This document shows, piece after piece, positions 26,786 to 35,574 of a DNA stretch of 47,531 bases (position 1 is the first letter of the stretch; every line of letters begins with the position of its first letter). The DNA is from Chthoniobacterales bacterium (GTDB lineage: Bacteria; Verrucomicrobiota; Verrucomicrobiia; Chthoniobacterales; JAFAMB01): contig DASUWQ010000452.1 of assembly GCA_036378375.1 (NCBI GenBank), positions 1 to 47,531 of the forward strand, given 5' to 3'. The notes beneath the pieces are model-generated. The model worked only from the letters and a program-made list of their open reading frames with translations, was not told the DNA's origin and did not search any database. A program made the position numbers and the translations under genes.

Positions 26786-26807
26786 GAGGTGAGAAGTGAG
26801 AGGTCAT
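26766..26807 (+). repeat. heptamer tandem array (AAGTGAG, AGGTGAG x3, AAGTGAG, AGGTCAT)
   Basis: Read directly from the sequence. The PAP2 stop codon (26783-26785) lies inside the array. Confidence 0.9.
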
Positions 26808-27042
26808 TGGCCACTCTTCCGGTAGGGAGGAGCTTGGTGGCATATAGACACGCGGATGAGCAGGAGATCATCCCTACCTGCCCTTCTGGGGAAACGCAGA
26901 ACAGATTCCGGCGGCTGCCGGACGCCTACCTCGAATTTAAACCAGCTGTTCTGTGCGGTATCTATTTCCTTCTTCGGGGCCTTCGCGGCCTTGTTGTGAA
27001 CTATTTTGTTTTAGCCCCTTTGTGGGCTCGTTGTGTGCTCCG

Positions 27043-27588
27043 TCAGAAATCCTGCCGCATCTCCAAATGGTGAATCACGCCACGGGTCGATAACACGCTC
27101 GAATACAGCGTAAAGCCCTTCACTTCAAACAGACCGAGGTCCGCTTCCGCGTATCGGCGAATAAATGGTTGAAGCGCCTGGCGGGAAATGCCTTTCGCTC
27201 GGCCGATGGTGATATGCGGATGAAACGGTTTCAGATCTGGTTCGAGCCCAGCATGAAGGACTGCGTCCTGAATTTTCCGGTGCAGTGTGAAGAGGTGAGG
27301 GTGCCCTTTCCCCACACTGGCCCAGACGATCGATGGTTGGCCGCGGACATGGAAAACGCCGACCCCGTATACCGGCAGAAAAAACGGCAGTACTCGCACT
27401 TTCTGCAATGCCTCGCGCAACTGGTCCTCTGCCGGCGCATCCACGTTACCGAGGAAACTAAGCGTTAGATGAAACTGTTCCTCAGGAAGCCACCGCAGCC
27501 CGGATAAATGCGGATCGAGGGACACCAGCGTCGTCTTGCAGCTTGCCGGAAGTTCCAAACCAACGAAGAGGCGTTTCGATGGCAGCAT
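27043..27588 (-). CDS. thpR: RNA 2',3'-cyclic phosphodiesterase (2H family, ThpR/LigT)
   Basis: Two HxT/S motifs sit at the right spacing: FHLTLSFLG and HPHITIGRA. The 181-aa length fits. Confidence 0.85.
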   Translation of the reverse strand: MLPSKRLFVGLELPASCKTTLVSLDPHLSGLRWLPEEQFHLTLSFLGNVDAPAEDQLREALQKVRVLPFFLPVYGVGVFHVRGQPSIVWASVGKGHPHLFTLHRKIQDAVLHAGLEPDLKPFHPHITIGRAKGISRQALQPFIRRYAEADLGLFEVKGFTLYSSVLSTRGVIHHLEMRQDF

Positions 27589-28182
27589 GGGGAAGGATAA
27601 TGCAAAATGCGGCTGGAGGGGATGGTGGACAAAGGGGTCGTCACCCCAACGCCTGGAGGGGGCCGGTCTCGCTCCTAACCCTCGCTGTACATGTTATATA
27701 GCGTGTCCCGCCGCCGCGATCCCGACTGCAGCGCACTGATCGCGGCCGCGTGGCAGCTGCCAGACGGCTGCCAGACTAACATAACCTCCGGGTTGCGGCT
27801 ACCGCGTTGACCACCACCCCGACGGAGGGGAGCCGCATTAGAGATGTGCCGCTGCAGATTCGGAGCCGGTCTATCGCCCATCGCTTGAAAAGATGTGTCC
27901 GGCCGCGGCTCCCTTCAGGTGTGGCAGGGTTTATCGTTCCTTAGTTCCCAATGTTCTGCATAACCGTCCCATCCCATGGCGTCGCGTCTATCGAAGCACC
28001 ATACCTAAAAAGATTCGTCGGCGTCGACACCCGTGCGAGCTGTAACACCTAATGCAACGCCCCTCCGTCCGTTGTTCTTTAACCGCCCTCGGGATGCCGT
28101 ACCTGGCTGGCTCCTACCTCTTAGGTTGACGCACGTGCGCGGCCCCGGGAAGGCAGCGCTCCACGGTTGGCACCCCTTTATG

Positions 28183-28210
28183 TTGACGTACTGGCTTCGT
28201 TTCCTATACA
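28183..28210 (+). promoter_or_regulatory. candidate sigma70-type promoter for the CheB-CheR-PAS gene
   Basis: TTGACG (28183-28188), a 16-nt spacer, then TATACA (28205-28210), about 50 nt upstream of the ATG at 28260. This is a pattern match only. Confidence 0.25.
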
Positions 28211-28259
28211 TTGAACTTTCCTTCTTCCGGTCGCTGTGGCTGGTTAGATTCTGCGGAAG

Positions 28260-31178
28260 ATGAGCAATAATTCCGGACCAGGTGATGGTAAGATCGAGCC
28301 GACTGTGACCGAGTCCGATATTCCTACTCGGGTGGTAGGCATCGGCGCTTCGGCAGGCGGATTGGAAGCGGTTTCCGCACTGTTGCGCCATCTTCCCAGT
28401 AACACCGGGATGGCGTTTGTTTTCATCCAGCATCTTGAGCCGCGACAAACCAGCCGGTTGACTGAGATCCTCTCACGAATAACCGATATGCCGGTGGAAG
28501 TCGCCAGCGATCGGCATCGGATGGTACGGAATCATTTTTATGTCATGCCGCCGGGCGCTGATATCAGCTTGTCGGACGGCTCATTGATTCTTGAACAGCG
28601 GACAGACAGCGCCGGCCGGCATTTACCGATTGATCATTTCTTTCATTCTTTGGCCAAGGAGCAACGCGGCAAGGCAGTCGCGATCATCCTGTCGGGGATG
28701 GGCCACGATGGTTCTGCGGGGCTTAAGTCGATCAAAGAACGAGGCGGAACGACTTTTGCCCAGGATCAGCCATCGGCTCAACATGGCTCAATGCCCGCGT
28801 CGGCGCTTGATTCGGGCTACGTCGATATTGTCGCCACGCCACGGAAAATCGCCGCAGGACTGGTCCGTTTAGCGCAAGATCGACCGGCGAAAGCCACGAA
28901 GAGGAAGTCGGTACCCCAGGGCGGGCTAAAAAACGTTTTTGCTCTCCTTCGTTCGCGAACAAAAGTCGATTTCAGTCAGTATCGAAAGACGACCGTCTCT
29001 CGGCGTATTCAGCGCCGGATGGTGCTGCATCGAATCGATGACGCGGATGAGTATTTCGCCTTTCTTAAGCGTAACCCGGAGGAAGTTGAGGCGCTCTTCC
29101 ACGAACTGCTGATCCATGTAACCGGCTTTTTCCGTGAGCCGGAAACTTTTGATGTGCTGCAATCTCTCGTCTTACCGCGACTTTTGCAACAGCGTGGACA
29201 GAATGACCCGATCCGGATTTGGTTACCAGGCTGTTCGACTGGCGAAGAAGCGTACTCGCTGGCAATCGTCATGACCGAGTTTTTCGACAATCGCGTCGAT
29301 GCCCCAGCCGTGCAGATCTTTGCGACGGATGTCAGTGATCGGGTTTTAGAGATTGCGCGCAAAGGGACCTTCGATACCAGCATCGAGGAAGCAGTCTCAA
29401 AAGAGCGGTTACGACGTTTTTTTTCAAAGACCGAGAGAGGTTACCAGATAAACAAACCAATCCGTGATCTTTGTGTTTTTGCTCGGCAGAATGTTCTACG
29501 AGATCCTCCTTTTTCGCGTTTGGACCTAATTAGCTGCCGTAACGTCCTCATCTATTTTGAAACCGCCGCGCAAAGGAAGTTAATTCCGTTTTTTCATTAT
29601 GCTCTGAAGCCGGGAGGATTTCTCGCGTTAGGGGGTGCGGAAACGGTCGGCAATTTCAGCGATCTTTTTGAGCCGGTGGATGCTAAGACGAAACTATTCG
29701 CAAAGCGATCGGTTCAAGGTCCGTCTCTATCGGGTATGGAGGTCGAGATTCCGATCCCTAAAGAACAAGCATTGGGAGATTTCTCAACGCAAGCAGCCTG
29801 GATACAGCCCGATATTCGCCGGGAAGTAGATCGGACGTTGATGGACAAATATTGTCCGCCCGCCATCGTCGTGGATAAGGAAATGAAGATTATCCAATTC
29901 CGAGGGAATGTAGTTCCTTTCCTCGACCCAGACCCGGGTGAAGCCAGTCTTGATCTGTTCCGAATGTTGAGATCGAGTCTCGAGATGCCGCTCCGTTCAA
30001 CAATTAATGACGCTAAGAAAAGCAACAAACCGGTTCGCAAGGAAGGAATTCTGGTCTCCGGCGGCGGACAAACCAGTCTTCTGAATTTAGAGGTGATTCC
30101 GATGAGGGAGTCTGCGGCCCGGGAACATTGCTTCCTTTTACTCTTCGAAGACAGCAAACTGACAGCTCCTGATCCGGCAATTGCAAAATCGAAAAGGGGG
30201 GGGCGCGGTCTGCAAAATGTCCGGGTGACACAACTCGAGCAGGAACTAGCGACCACCAGAGAACATTTACAAACTCTCGTCGAAGAGCAGGAATCGACAA
30301 ACGAAGAGCTTCGTTCCGCCAACGAAGAGATCCAGTCCAGCAATGAAGAGCTGCAGAGCACAAACGAAGAGCTAGAAACAGCCAAAGAAGAACTTCAGTC
30401 CACGAATGAAGAGCTGATTACCCTAAACGAAGAGTTGAAGAACGGTAATCTGGAGCTCACCGACCTCAACAATGATCTGACGAATCTGTTGAAGAGTGTG
30501 AATATTCCGATCGTGATGGTCGATCGAGGATTGCGGATAAGACGATTTACGCCGGTCGCGCAAAGGACATTAAAATTGATTCCTGCGGATGTAGGACGAT
30601 CGATTACCGATCTTCGTGCGGATGTGGAAGTTCCTCAGCTCGAAAGCCTCATTTCGGAGGTGATGGACACATTGACGATGCGTGAGGTGCAAGCACAAGA
30701 TCGCAAAGGGCATTGGTATAATCTGCAAATCCGCCCTTACGAGACGGCTGACAATAAGATCACGGGAGCTGTCATCATCCTGTTCGACATCAATGCCGTC
30801 AAATTGGAGTCGGATGAGGGCAAGATGATGGCTGATTGTGCGGCCGCGTTTATCGGAACCGTCCGTAGTTCGGTTGTCGTACTGGATAATGACCTACGGG
30901 TAAAAACCGCTACCGCTCACTTTTACGACACTTTTCAATTGCTGCCGAGAGAGACAGAAGGGTTCCCGATTTTGGTTATTGGGAATGGTCAGTGGAATTT
31001 TCCGGAATTTCGTGCCCTATTAGAGGAGAACTTTACTCGCCAACCCAGGGTGGCTGACTTTGAGTGCGAGCATCAATTTGAGGGGGTGGGTCGCAAGAAA
31101 ATCAGGTTAAATGTGCAGCACGTGGAGGCAGTCAATCCTGAGAATGCGTTGACAATTATTTCGATCGAGGACGTATAG
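28260..31178 (+). CDS. CheB methylesterase - CheR methyltransferase - coiled coil - PAS multidomain protein
   Basis: The CheB triad contexts are GIGASAGGLEA, FIQHL and LSGMGHDGSAG. CheR shows FSQYRKTTVSRRIQRRM, WLPGCSTGEEAYSLAI and ISCRNVLIYF. Seven STNEELx heptads are flanked by PAS-like modules. There is no kinase domain. Confidence 0.9.
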   Translation: MSNNSGPGDGKIEPTVTESDIPTRVVGIGASAGGLEAVSALLRHLPSNTGMAFVFIQHLEPRQTSRLTEILSRITDMPVEVASDRHRMVRNHFYVMPPGADISLSDGSLILEQRTDSAGRHLPIDHFFHSLAKEQRGKAVAIILSGMGHDGSAGLKSIKERGGTTFAQDQPSAQHGSMPASALDSGYVDIVATPRKIAAGLVRLAQDRPAKATKRKSVPQGGLKNVFALLRSRTKVDFSQYRKTTVSRRIQRRMVLHRIDDADEYFAFLKRNPEEVEALFHELLIHVTGFFREPETFDVLQSLVLPRLLQQRGQNDPIRIWLPGCSTGEEAYSLAIVMTEFFDNRVDAPAVQIFATDVSDRVLEIARKGTFDTSIEEAVSKERLRRFFSKTERGYQINKPIRDLCVFARQNVLRDPPFSRLDLISCRNVLIYFETAAQRKLIPFFHYALKPGGFLALGGAETVGNFSDLFEPVDAKTKLFAKRSVQGPSLSGMEVEIPIPKEQALGDFSTQAAWIQPDIRREVDRTLMDKYCPPAIVVDKEMKIIQFRGNVVPFLDPDPGEASLDLFRMLRSSLEMPLRSTINDAKKSNKPVRKEGILVSGGGQTSLLNLEVIPMRESAAREHCFLLLFEDSKLTAPDPAIAKSKRGGRGLQNVRVTQLEQELATTREHLQTLVEEQESTNEELRSANEEIQSSNEELQSTNEELETAKEELQSTNEELITLNEELKNGNLELTDLNNDLTNLLKSVNIPIVMVDRGLRIRRFTPVAQRTLKLIPADVGRSITDLRADVEVPQLESLISEVMDTLTMREVQAQDRKGHWYNLQIRPYETADNKITGAVIILFDINAVKLESDEGKMMADCAAAFIGTVRSSVVVLDNDLRVKTATAHFYDTFQLLPRETEGFPILVIGNGQWNFPEFRALLEENFTRQPRVADFECEHQFEGVGRKKIRLNVQHVEAVNPENALTIISIEDV

Positions 31179-31223
31179 ATTTAAAGAAGCGGTTATAGCC
31201 AAGCGGATTTCACAAATTAAATT

Positions 31224-32669
31224 ATGCAACCGGCCGGCAAGATCGGGCTCAAGAACCCACGGCCACAACTTGAGCTGACGCAGAGGCATGAGTCGGAAGC
31301 AGCGTTAGCGGCTGACTACAGACTTTCGCCTGTGGCGCAGGTTACCTTGGATCGGGATGGATGTATCCGCCGGATTAACATCGCTGCGGCGGTCCTCCTG
31401 AAAGGTGAGCCCTCTCAACTGACGCACGTCCCCTTTGTTGCCTTTGTTGATAAGTCTTGTTGCCGGCTTTTTCTGGATCACGTGGCCCAAGCGACCACTG
31501 GGAAAAAAAAAATCTGTACGCGACTCGTGTTATCCCGTGCGACTCGGGCTATAGGTCCGGTCGAGCTGCAGAGCACCTCAAGCGTCGATATCGCGACTGG
31601 ACAGTTTTTCTGCCGAACCGCGATCGTAACCCTTTCGTCGGCGGGACATCCGGCGGTAGACGTTATATGGGGCAACCAGCGTGGTCATGAAGAGTGGTTC
31701 GAGTTGCTTCTGACTAGCAGCTCGATAGCGACGGCGATTATTTCTGTCGAAACCGGGTTGTTCTTAGAAACAAACGAAATCTTTTGCCAATTAGCTGCCC
31801 GTCCGCAGAAAATGATTGTCGGGCAGCCACTTTCGGCGATCCAGTTGGTTGGACCCACTGGAAAACAGCGCGATTTCCTCAACTGGATCGCGCAGTTTGA
31901 TAGCAGGGAATATGAGGCGAGACTCGCCCGGCCGGATGGTAGCGAACTCGAGGTATTGGTTTCTACAAAAGCAATTTTGTTCGGTGCCGAGCATTGTCTT
32001 CTATTAATGATTCAAGATCTCACCGATCTTCGGCGATTGAGAAAAGATATCGTCGCAATTTCGGAAGAAGAACAGCGACGGTTTAGTCGCGATTTGCATG
32101 ACAGCCATTGCCAGGATCTAACCGCCATCGCGTTCTTTGCGGAAACGATCGCTGCGGGCTTGGCGACACGCGATGAAGAAGCCGCCGCTCGAGTTCGAAT
32201 GCTGGTCGACATGGTGCAGAAAAGTGCAGAAAACGTGCACGCTTTAGCTGCCGGATTAGACTCGCAACACATCCAAGATCTGGGTCTCGCTGTGGCGATC
32301 AAGGAATTGGCAGCTCGTATCACCAGGCGGTTTGGGTTGACTTGTACCGCCGACGTCGACCGAAAACTTGAAGGTCGTACTTTTGCCCAGGGAATTCACC
32401 TTTATCGGATCGCTCAAGAAGCAATGAGCAACGCCGCCAGACACAGTCAGGCCCATACTATCATCTTGGAATTGCGACTGGCGGGTGATACGGGGATCTT
32501 GAGAGTTAAAGACGATGGAGTCGGTTTCTCCGCAGAGAAAACGCCAAATGGGCTCGGCCTGCGGACCATGCAATACCGTGCTTCCATTATCAACGGAACG
32601 CTGAAAATCGATTCCCAGCCAGATGCAGGCACGGTCGTGACCTGTTCGTTTCCGGCATTGGTGGAGTGA
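31224..32669 (+). CDS. PAS-domain sensor histidine kinase, HisKA_3 (NarX/DegS-type) class
   Basis: Two PAS-like regions are followed by the H-box EEEQRRFSRDLHDSHCQDLTAI. The HATPase has MSNAARHS, VKDDGVGF and GLGLRTMQYRA. There are no TM segments. Confidence 0.85.
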   Translation: MQPAGKIGLKNPRPQLELTQRHESEAALAADYRLSPVAQVTLDRDGCIRRINIAAAVLLKGEPSQLTHVPFVAFVDKSCCRLFLDHVAQATTGKKKICTRLVLSRATRAIGPVELQSTSSVDIATGQFFCRTAIVTLSSAGHPAVDVIWGNQRGHEEWFELLLTSSSIATAIISVETGLFLETNEIFCQLAARPQKMIVGQPLSAIQLVGPTGKQRDFLNWIAQFDSREYEARLARPDGSELEVLVSTKAILFGAEHCLLLMIQDLTDLRRLRKDIVAISEEEQRRFSRDLHDSHCQDLTAIAFFAETIAAGLATRDEEAAARVRMLVDMVQKSAENVHALAAGLDSQHIQDLGLAVAIKELAARITRRFGLTCTADVDRKLEGRTFAQGIHLYRIAQEAMSNAARHSQAHTIILELRLAGDTGILRVKDDGVGFSAEKTPNGLGLRTMQYRASIINGTLKIDSQPDAGTVVTCSFPALVE

Positions 32670-32784
32670 GCCTCGCCCCATCAAGATTTGTTACGCTCAC
32701 GGACCCTCCGGGGCGCGAACTCCCAAGACAGAAAGGACAACATTCTGAGCTGCGATCTTCATTGACCGTTTGCGATTGTTTTGC

Positions 32785-33846
32785 ATGGAAAGCCCCTCCC
32801 TTAAGGCCAGCGTTGAAAAGCGAGGACGCGATATTGTCGTCGTCGGCGGCTCCTTGGGGAGTATCGAGGCGCTTCGTTTGTTGCTATCGAAAATTCCGGC
32901 GGATATACCAGCTACGTTTCTAGTCGTCGTTCATACTTCAGAGACCGGCCCTTATTTGCTGCCGGAGCTCTTGCGGCGTGATACGTCACTCGAGGTAGCG
33001 ACCGTTGAAGACAGAACGTCCATCACGTACGGTCAGATCTATATCGCCCGACCTAATCTTCACCTCTTGCTGGAGGATGAACATATTCGGGTCGTCTTCG
33101 GCCCTAAGGAAAACCGGCATCGACCAGCGATCGATTCGCTTTTTCGCTCGGCCGCCTTCGCGCATCTCTCTCATGTTACCGGGGTTCTACTGAGCGGAGG
33201 ATTAGATGATGGCGTAGCCGGTTTGTGGGACATCCACTGTTGTGGCGGAGTTACTATCGTCCAGGATCCCGATTCGGCGGTGTACCCTGAACTGCTGCGT
33301 AACGCTCTCAATGCAATGACGGTGGACTATGTGGCTCCTCCGGAAAAGATCGCGCAAATTCTGCAAGATCTGGCAGGTACGCCAGCAGCCAAAGTGGAGA
33401 TCCCTCCTCAGGAACGGGAGCGAATCCGGCTCGAAAATTCGATAGAGAAAGAAGCGATTGATCATTCGGAGAAGCTACAACAGATAGGGGAACTGTCCGG
33501 TTATGCTTGTCCCGGTTGTGGGGGTCCCCTCTGGAAATTGCCAAGCCAAGCGATCGATCGATACCGGTGCCGGGTAGGACATAGTTACTCGATCTCCAGC
33601 CTGTTTCAGGCTTGTTGGGAAACGAGCGAACGCAAGCTTTATAGTGCTCTACAATTGCTCGAAGAGAATGCCCATGTAGGGAATCAGATTATTAGGGAAG
33701 CAGAAGAAACAGATCATCTGGCTTCCCCGGAGTTAGTCGAACAGGTGCGACGATTGGAAAAAGAGGCGGATATCCTGCGTGATCTCCTGTATGCGCGGAC
33801 AGAAGGCCGGTACGGATTAGCTCCTGCTCATCCGTTCCTGGGTTAG
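32785..33846 (+). CDS. REC-less CheB-type methylesterase with C-terminal zinc-ribbon/helical extension
   Basis: I prefer the ATG at 32785 (track start is TTG 32770). The CheB triad contexts are VVVGGSLGSIEA, VVVHT and LSGGLDDGVAG. The C-terminus has YACPGCGGPLW...YRCRVGHSYS. There is no receiver domain. Confidence 0.8.
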   Translation: MESPSLKASVEKRGRDIVVVGGSLGSIEALRLLLSKIPADIPATFLVVVHTSETGPYLLPELLRRDTSLEVATVEDRTSITYGQIYIARPNLHLLLEDEHIRVVFGPKENRHRPAIDSLFRSAAFAHLSHVTGVLLSGGLDDGVAGLWDIHCCGGVTIVQDPDSAVYPELLRNALNAMTVDYVAPPEKIAQILQDLAGTPAAKVEIPPQERERIRLENSIEKEAIDHSEKLQQIGELSGYACPGCGGPLWKLPSQAIDRYRCRVGHSYSISSLFQACWETSERKLYSALQLLEENAHVGNQIIREAEETDHLASPELVEQVRRLEKEADILRDLLYARTEGRYGLAPAHPFLG

Positions 33847-33908
33847 TTGATAGAATCCCGACCCGGAATACGGGACAAGGGATAAGCGGGAACGCATCCC
33901 TACCGAGT

Positions 33909-34163
33909 TTATCTGCGCCTTTGAGTTGACGCTGTTGTTCCCTGTTTCTGTGGCCTCGCCGATTCCAAGTCGAAGGAAATTTTGGCATTCACGCGATAGG
34001 TCTTGATCGTGTTGTTTTCGACGGATGCCACTAAATTCTCGATACAGATAGAACGGATATTTCGCAGGGTTTTACTGGCTTCAGTTAACGCAACTTGGGC
34101 GGCATCTTCCCAGCTCTTCTCAGACTCCGCCAAAACCTCGATGACTTTAACGACTGTAGACAT
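33909..34163 (-). CDS. dodecin family protein
   Basis: ATG at 34163 gives MSTVVKVIEVLAESEKSWEDAAQVALTEASKTLRNIRSICIENLVASVENNTIKTYRVNAKISF, a typical dodecin (DUF1458) sequence. Confidence 0.8.
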   Translation of the reverse strand: MSTVVKVIEVLAESEKSWEDAAQVALTEASKTLRNIRSICIENLVASVENNTIKTYRVNAKISFDLESARPQKQGTTASTQRRR

Positions 34164-34220
34164 AGAAATGTGGAACGGTTGAACAAACAATTTGCGTCTT
34201 TGCGTGAGCTTCTTTTCCTC

Positions 34221-34445
34221 TCAGTTCTCTTCTCCTCCTTCCAGCTGTTCATCGGCAGCCGGGGTGTGATCTTCGAGTTGATCAATGAGCGACGGGCCAG
34301 GCTCATCAACTGCTTCCGTTCCTTCGTACGGGTTCGGCGCCTTGTGTCCCCGACTTCCTGGCGGTTCAGCTAACGGATCGCTGGTAGCTCCTGCTGATTC
34401 CAACTCTTCGTCTTTTTCTTCTGGTTCAAATTCTTCAGATGTCAT
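34221..34445 (-). CDS. hypothetical acidic small protein (weak call)
   Basis: ATG at 34445 gives a 74-aa, very acidic, probably disordered sequence (MTSEEFEPEEKDEELES...). No family is recognised. Confidence 0.3.
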   Translation of the reverse strand: MTSEEFEPEEKDEELESAGATSDPLAEPPGSRGHKAPNPYEGTEAVDEPGPSLIDQLEDHTPAADEQLEGGEEN

Positions 34446-34706
34446 TTTGCTCACATCCTTCTTCGGTTTCTCGGACAACGGGTAAGACCGGCATGTTGCT
34501 CCGCTACAAGAAGGTTTCGCCGGCAAGAGTTGCCGTGGATTTACCGTGGTGTAACCACCGGCGTCGGGTGCCACTTTCAGGGCAACCTTTTACTGATCAC
34601 CTAACCCAGGGCTAAAGCCACTGGGCTATTCTGTCAGACCCGCCGCGGCGGGTCAACCAGGCTCCACCCACTCTTCTCACACACTGAACCCTGCAGGAAT
34701 CAGAAC

Positions 34707-34748
34707 TGCTTACTGCTTACTGCTTACTGCTTACTGCTTACTGCTTAC
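34707..34748 (-). repeat. heptamer tandem array (minus strand GTAAGCA x6)
   Basis: The plus strand reads tgcttac x6. It lies 28 nt downstream of the minus-strand metallophosphoesterase stop codon (34777-34779). Confidence 0.9.
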
Positions 34749-34776
34749 TATTCCTCCCAGCGTCCTGCGCTCCACG

Positions 34777-35502
34777 TTAGACCTTGTACAGAAAAAACGG
34801 CTCCTTATTGGTTCGTAGGAGTACCGGAAGTGCAACGTTGAATACTGGTATCTTTCCTGCCGTTTTTCCTGCTAGCTCTCCATGGTGGGCATGGCCATGA
34901 AACACCACCGAAGCACCGAAATGATCAATCGTAGACTCCAAATGGCTCGACCCCAGAAAGGGGTAGACCTCCGGGTTCTCCCCTTTCACGGTGCCGCGCA
35001 CCGGTGAATAGTGTAGAATAACAACCTTTTTTTCCGTGGTAAGATTGGTGAGCGCTTTCTCCAACCTCAACGAATGATCCACACTTTCTTGCACAAAAGC
35101 TTTGATCAAGGGTTCACCCCAGGCGCTCAGCATCTGCCGGTCAAAGCCGCCCCCGAACCCGCATACCCCGGCGAAGCCGACATCGTTAATCTCGGTCCCG
35201 CTCCCATCGAGGAAAGTGACACCGATGCTTTCCAGCGCGCTTTGGACTTCGGCCGGTTTTCCGGATTCAAAATCATGGTTACCCAGCACGGCAATTATGG
35301 GAATCCGCACATGTGTCCGTAAATCCTCCGCTAAGACGGTTGCCTCTTCCGGGGATCCATATTCGGTTAGATCACCCGCTATCACCAGGACGTCAGCATT
35401 AGCGGTTACGTTAGCAAACAGATCATGAAGTTTACCTTTTGCGGTTTTGCCATAGTGAATGTCTGCTACGGCGGCGATCCGAATCGTATTTTTTTCGTCC
35501 AT
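34777..35502 (-). CDS. metallophosphoesterase family protein
   Basis: The calcineurin-like motifs are AAVADIHYG (DxH), VIAGDLTEYG (GDxx), GNHD and FHGHAHHG (GHxH). Confidence 0.8.
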   Translation of the reverse strand: MDEKNTIRIAAVADIHYGKTAKGKLHDLFANVTANADVLVIAGDLTEYGSPEEATVLAEDLRTHVRIPIIAVLGNHDFESGKPAEVQSALESIGVTFLDGSGTEINDVGFAGVCGFGGGFDRQMLSAWGEPLIKAFVQESVDHSLRLEKALTNLTTEKKVVILHYSPVRGTVKGENPEVYPFLGSSHLESTIDHFGASVVFHGHAHHGELAGKTAGKIPVFNVALPVLLRTNKEPFFLYKV

Positions 35503-35574
35503 TTAAAGGCCTCGTTTATAGAAATTTCTTACTTATATAGACGCAGATGCGCTTTGTAATGCGCACTTTAAAGA

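Noticed and set aside
28030-28200. Group II intron-like GTGCG at 28032, with possible domain-V-like GC-rich hairpins.
   Set aside because: I could not fold a 34-nt domain V with an AGC triad and GNRA loop. There is no reverse-transcriptase ORF and no exon context.
27940-28235. RNase P RNA-like signals on the minus strand. These are gaaggaaagttcaatg (compare GAGGAAAGUCC, P4 5' strand), ggggtgcca, and gcagaacattgggaact (compare ACAGAAC..GGCUUA, P4 3' strand) about 270 nt apart, with potential CAATG/CATTG and AGTTC/GAACT pairing.
   Set aside because: The near-invariant GAGGAAAGUCCGGGC and ACAGAAxCCGGCUUA cores are not matched. Other conserved regions (GUGCAACAGAAA, GGUAAACCCCACC) are absent. 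The candidate would also overlap the start codon of the CheB-CheR gene in antisense. It is probably chance; a cmscan with the RNase P models would settle it.
29714-30385. 223-aa minus-strand Ser-rich ORF inside the CheB-CheR-PAS gene.
   Set aside because: It is a shadow of the GAA/GAG-rich STNEEL heptad region. The sense frame has unambiguous CheR/PAS homology.
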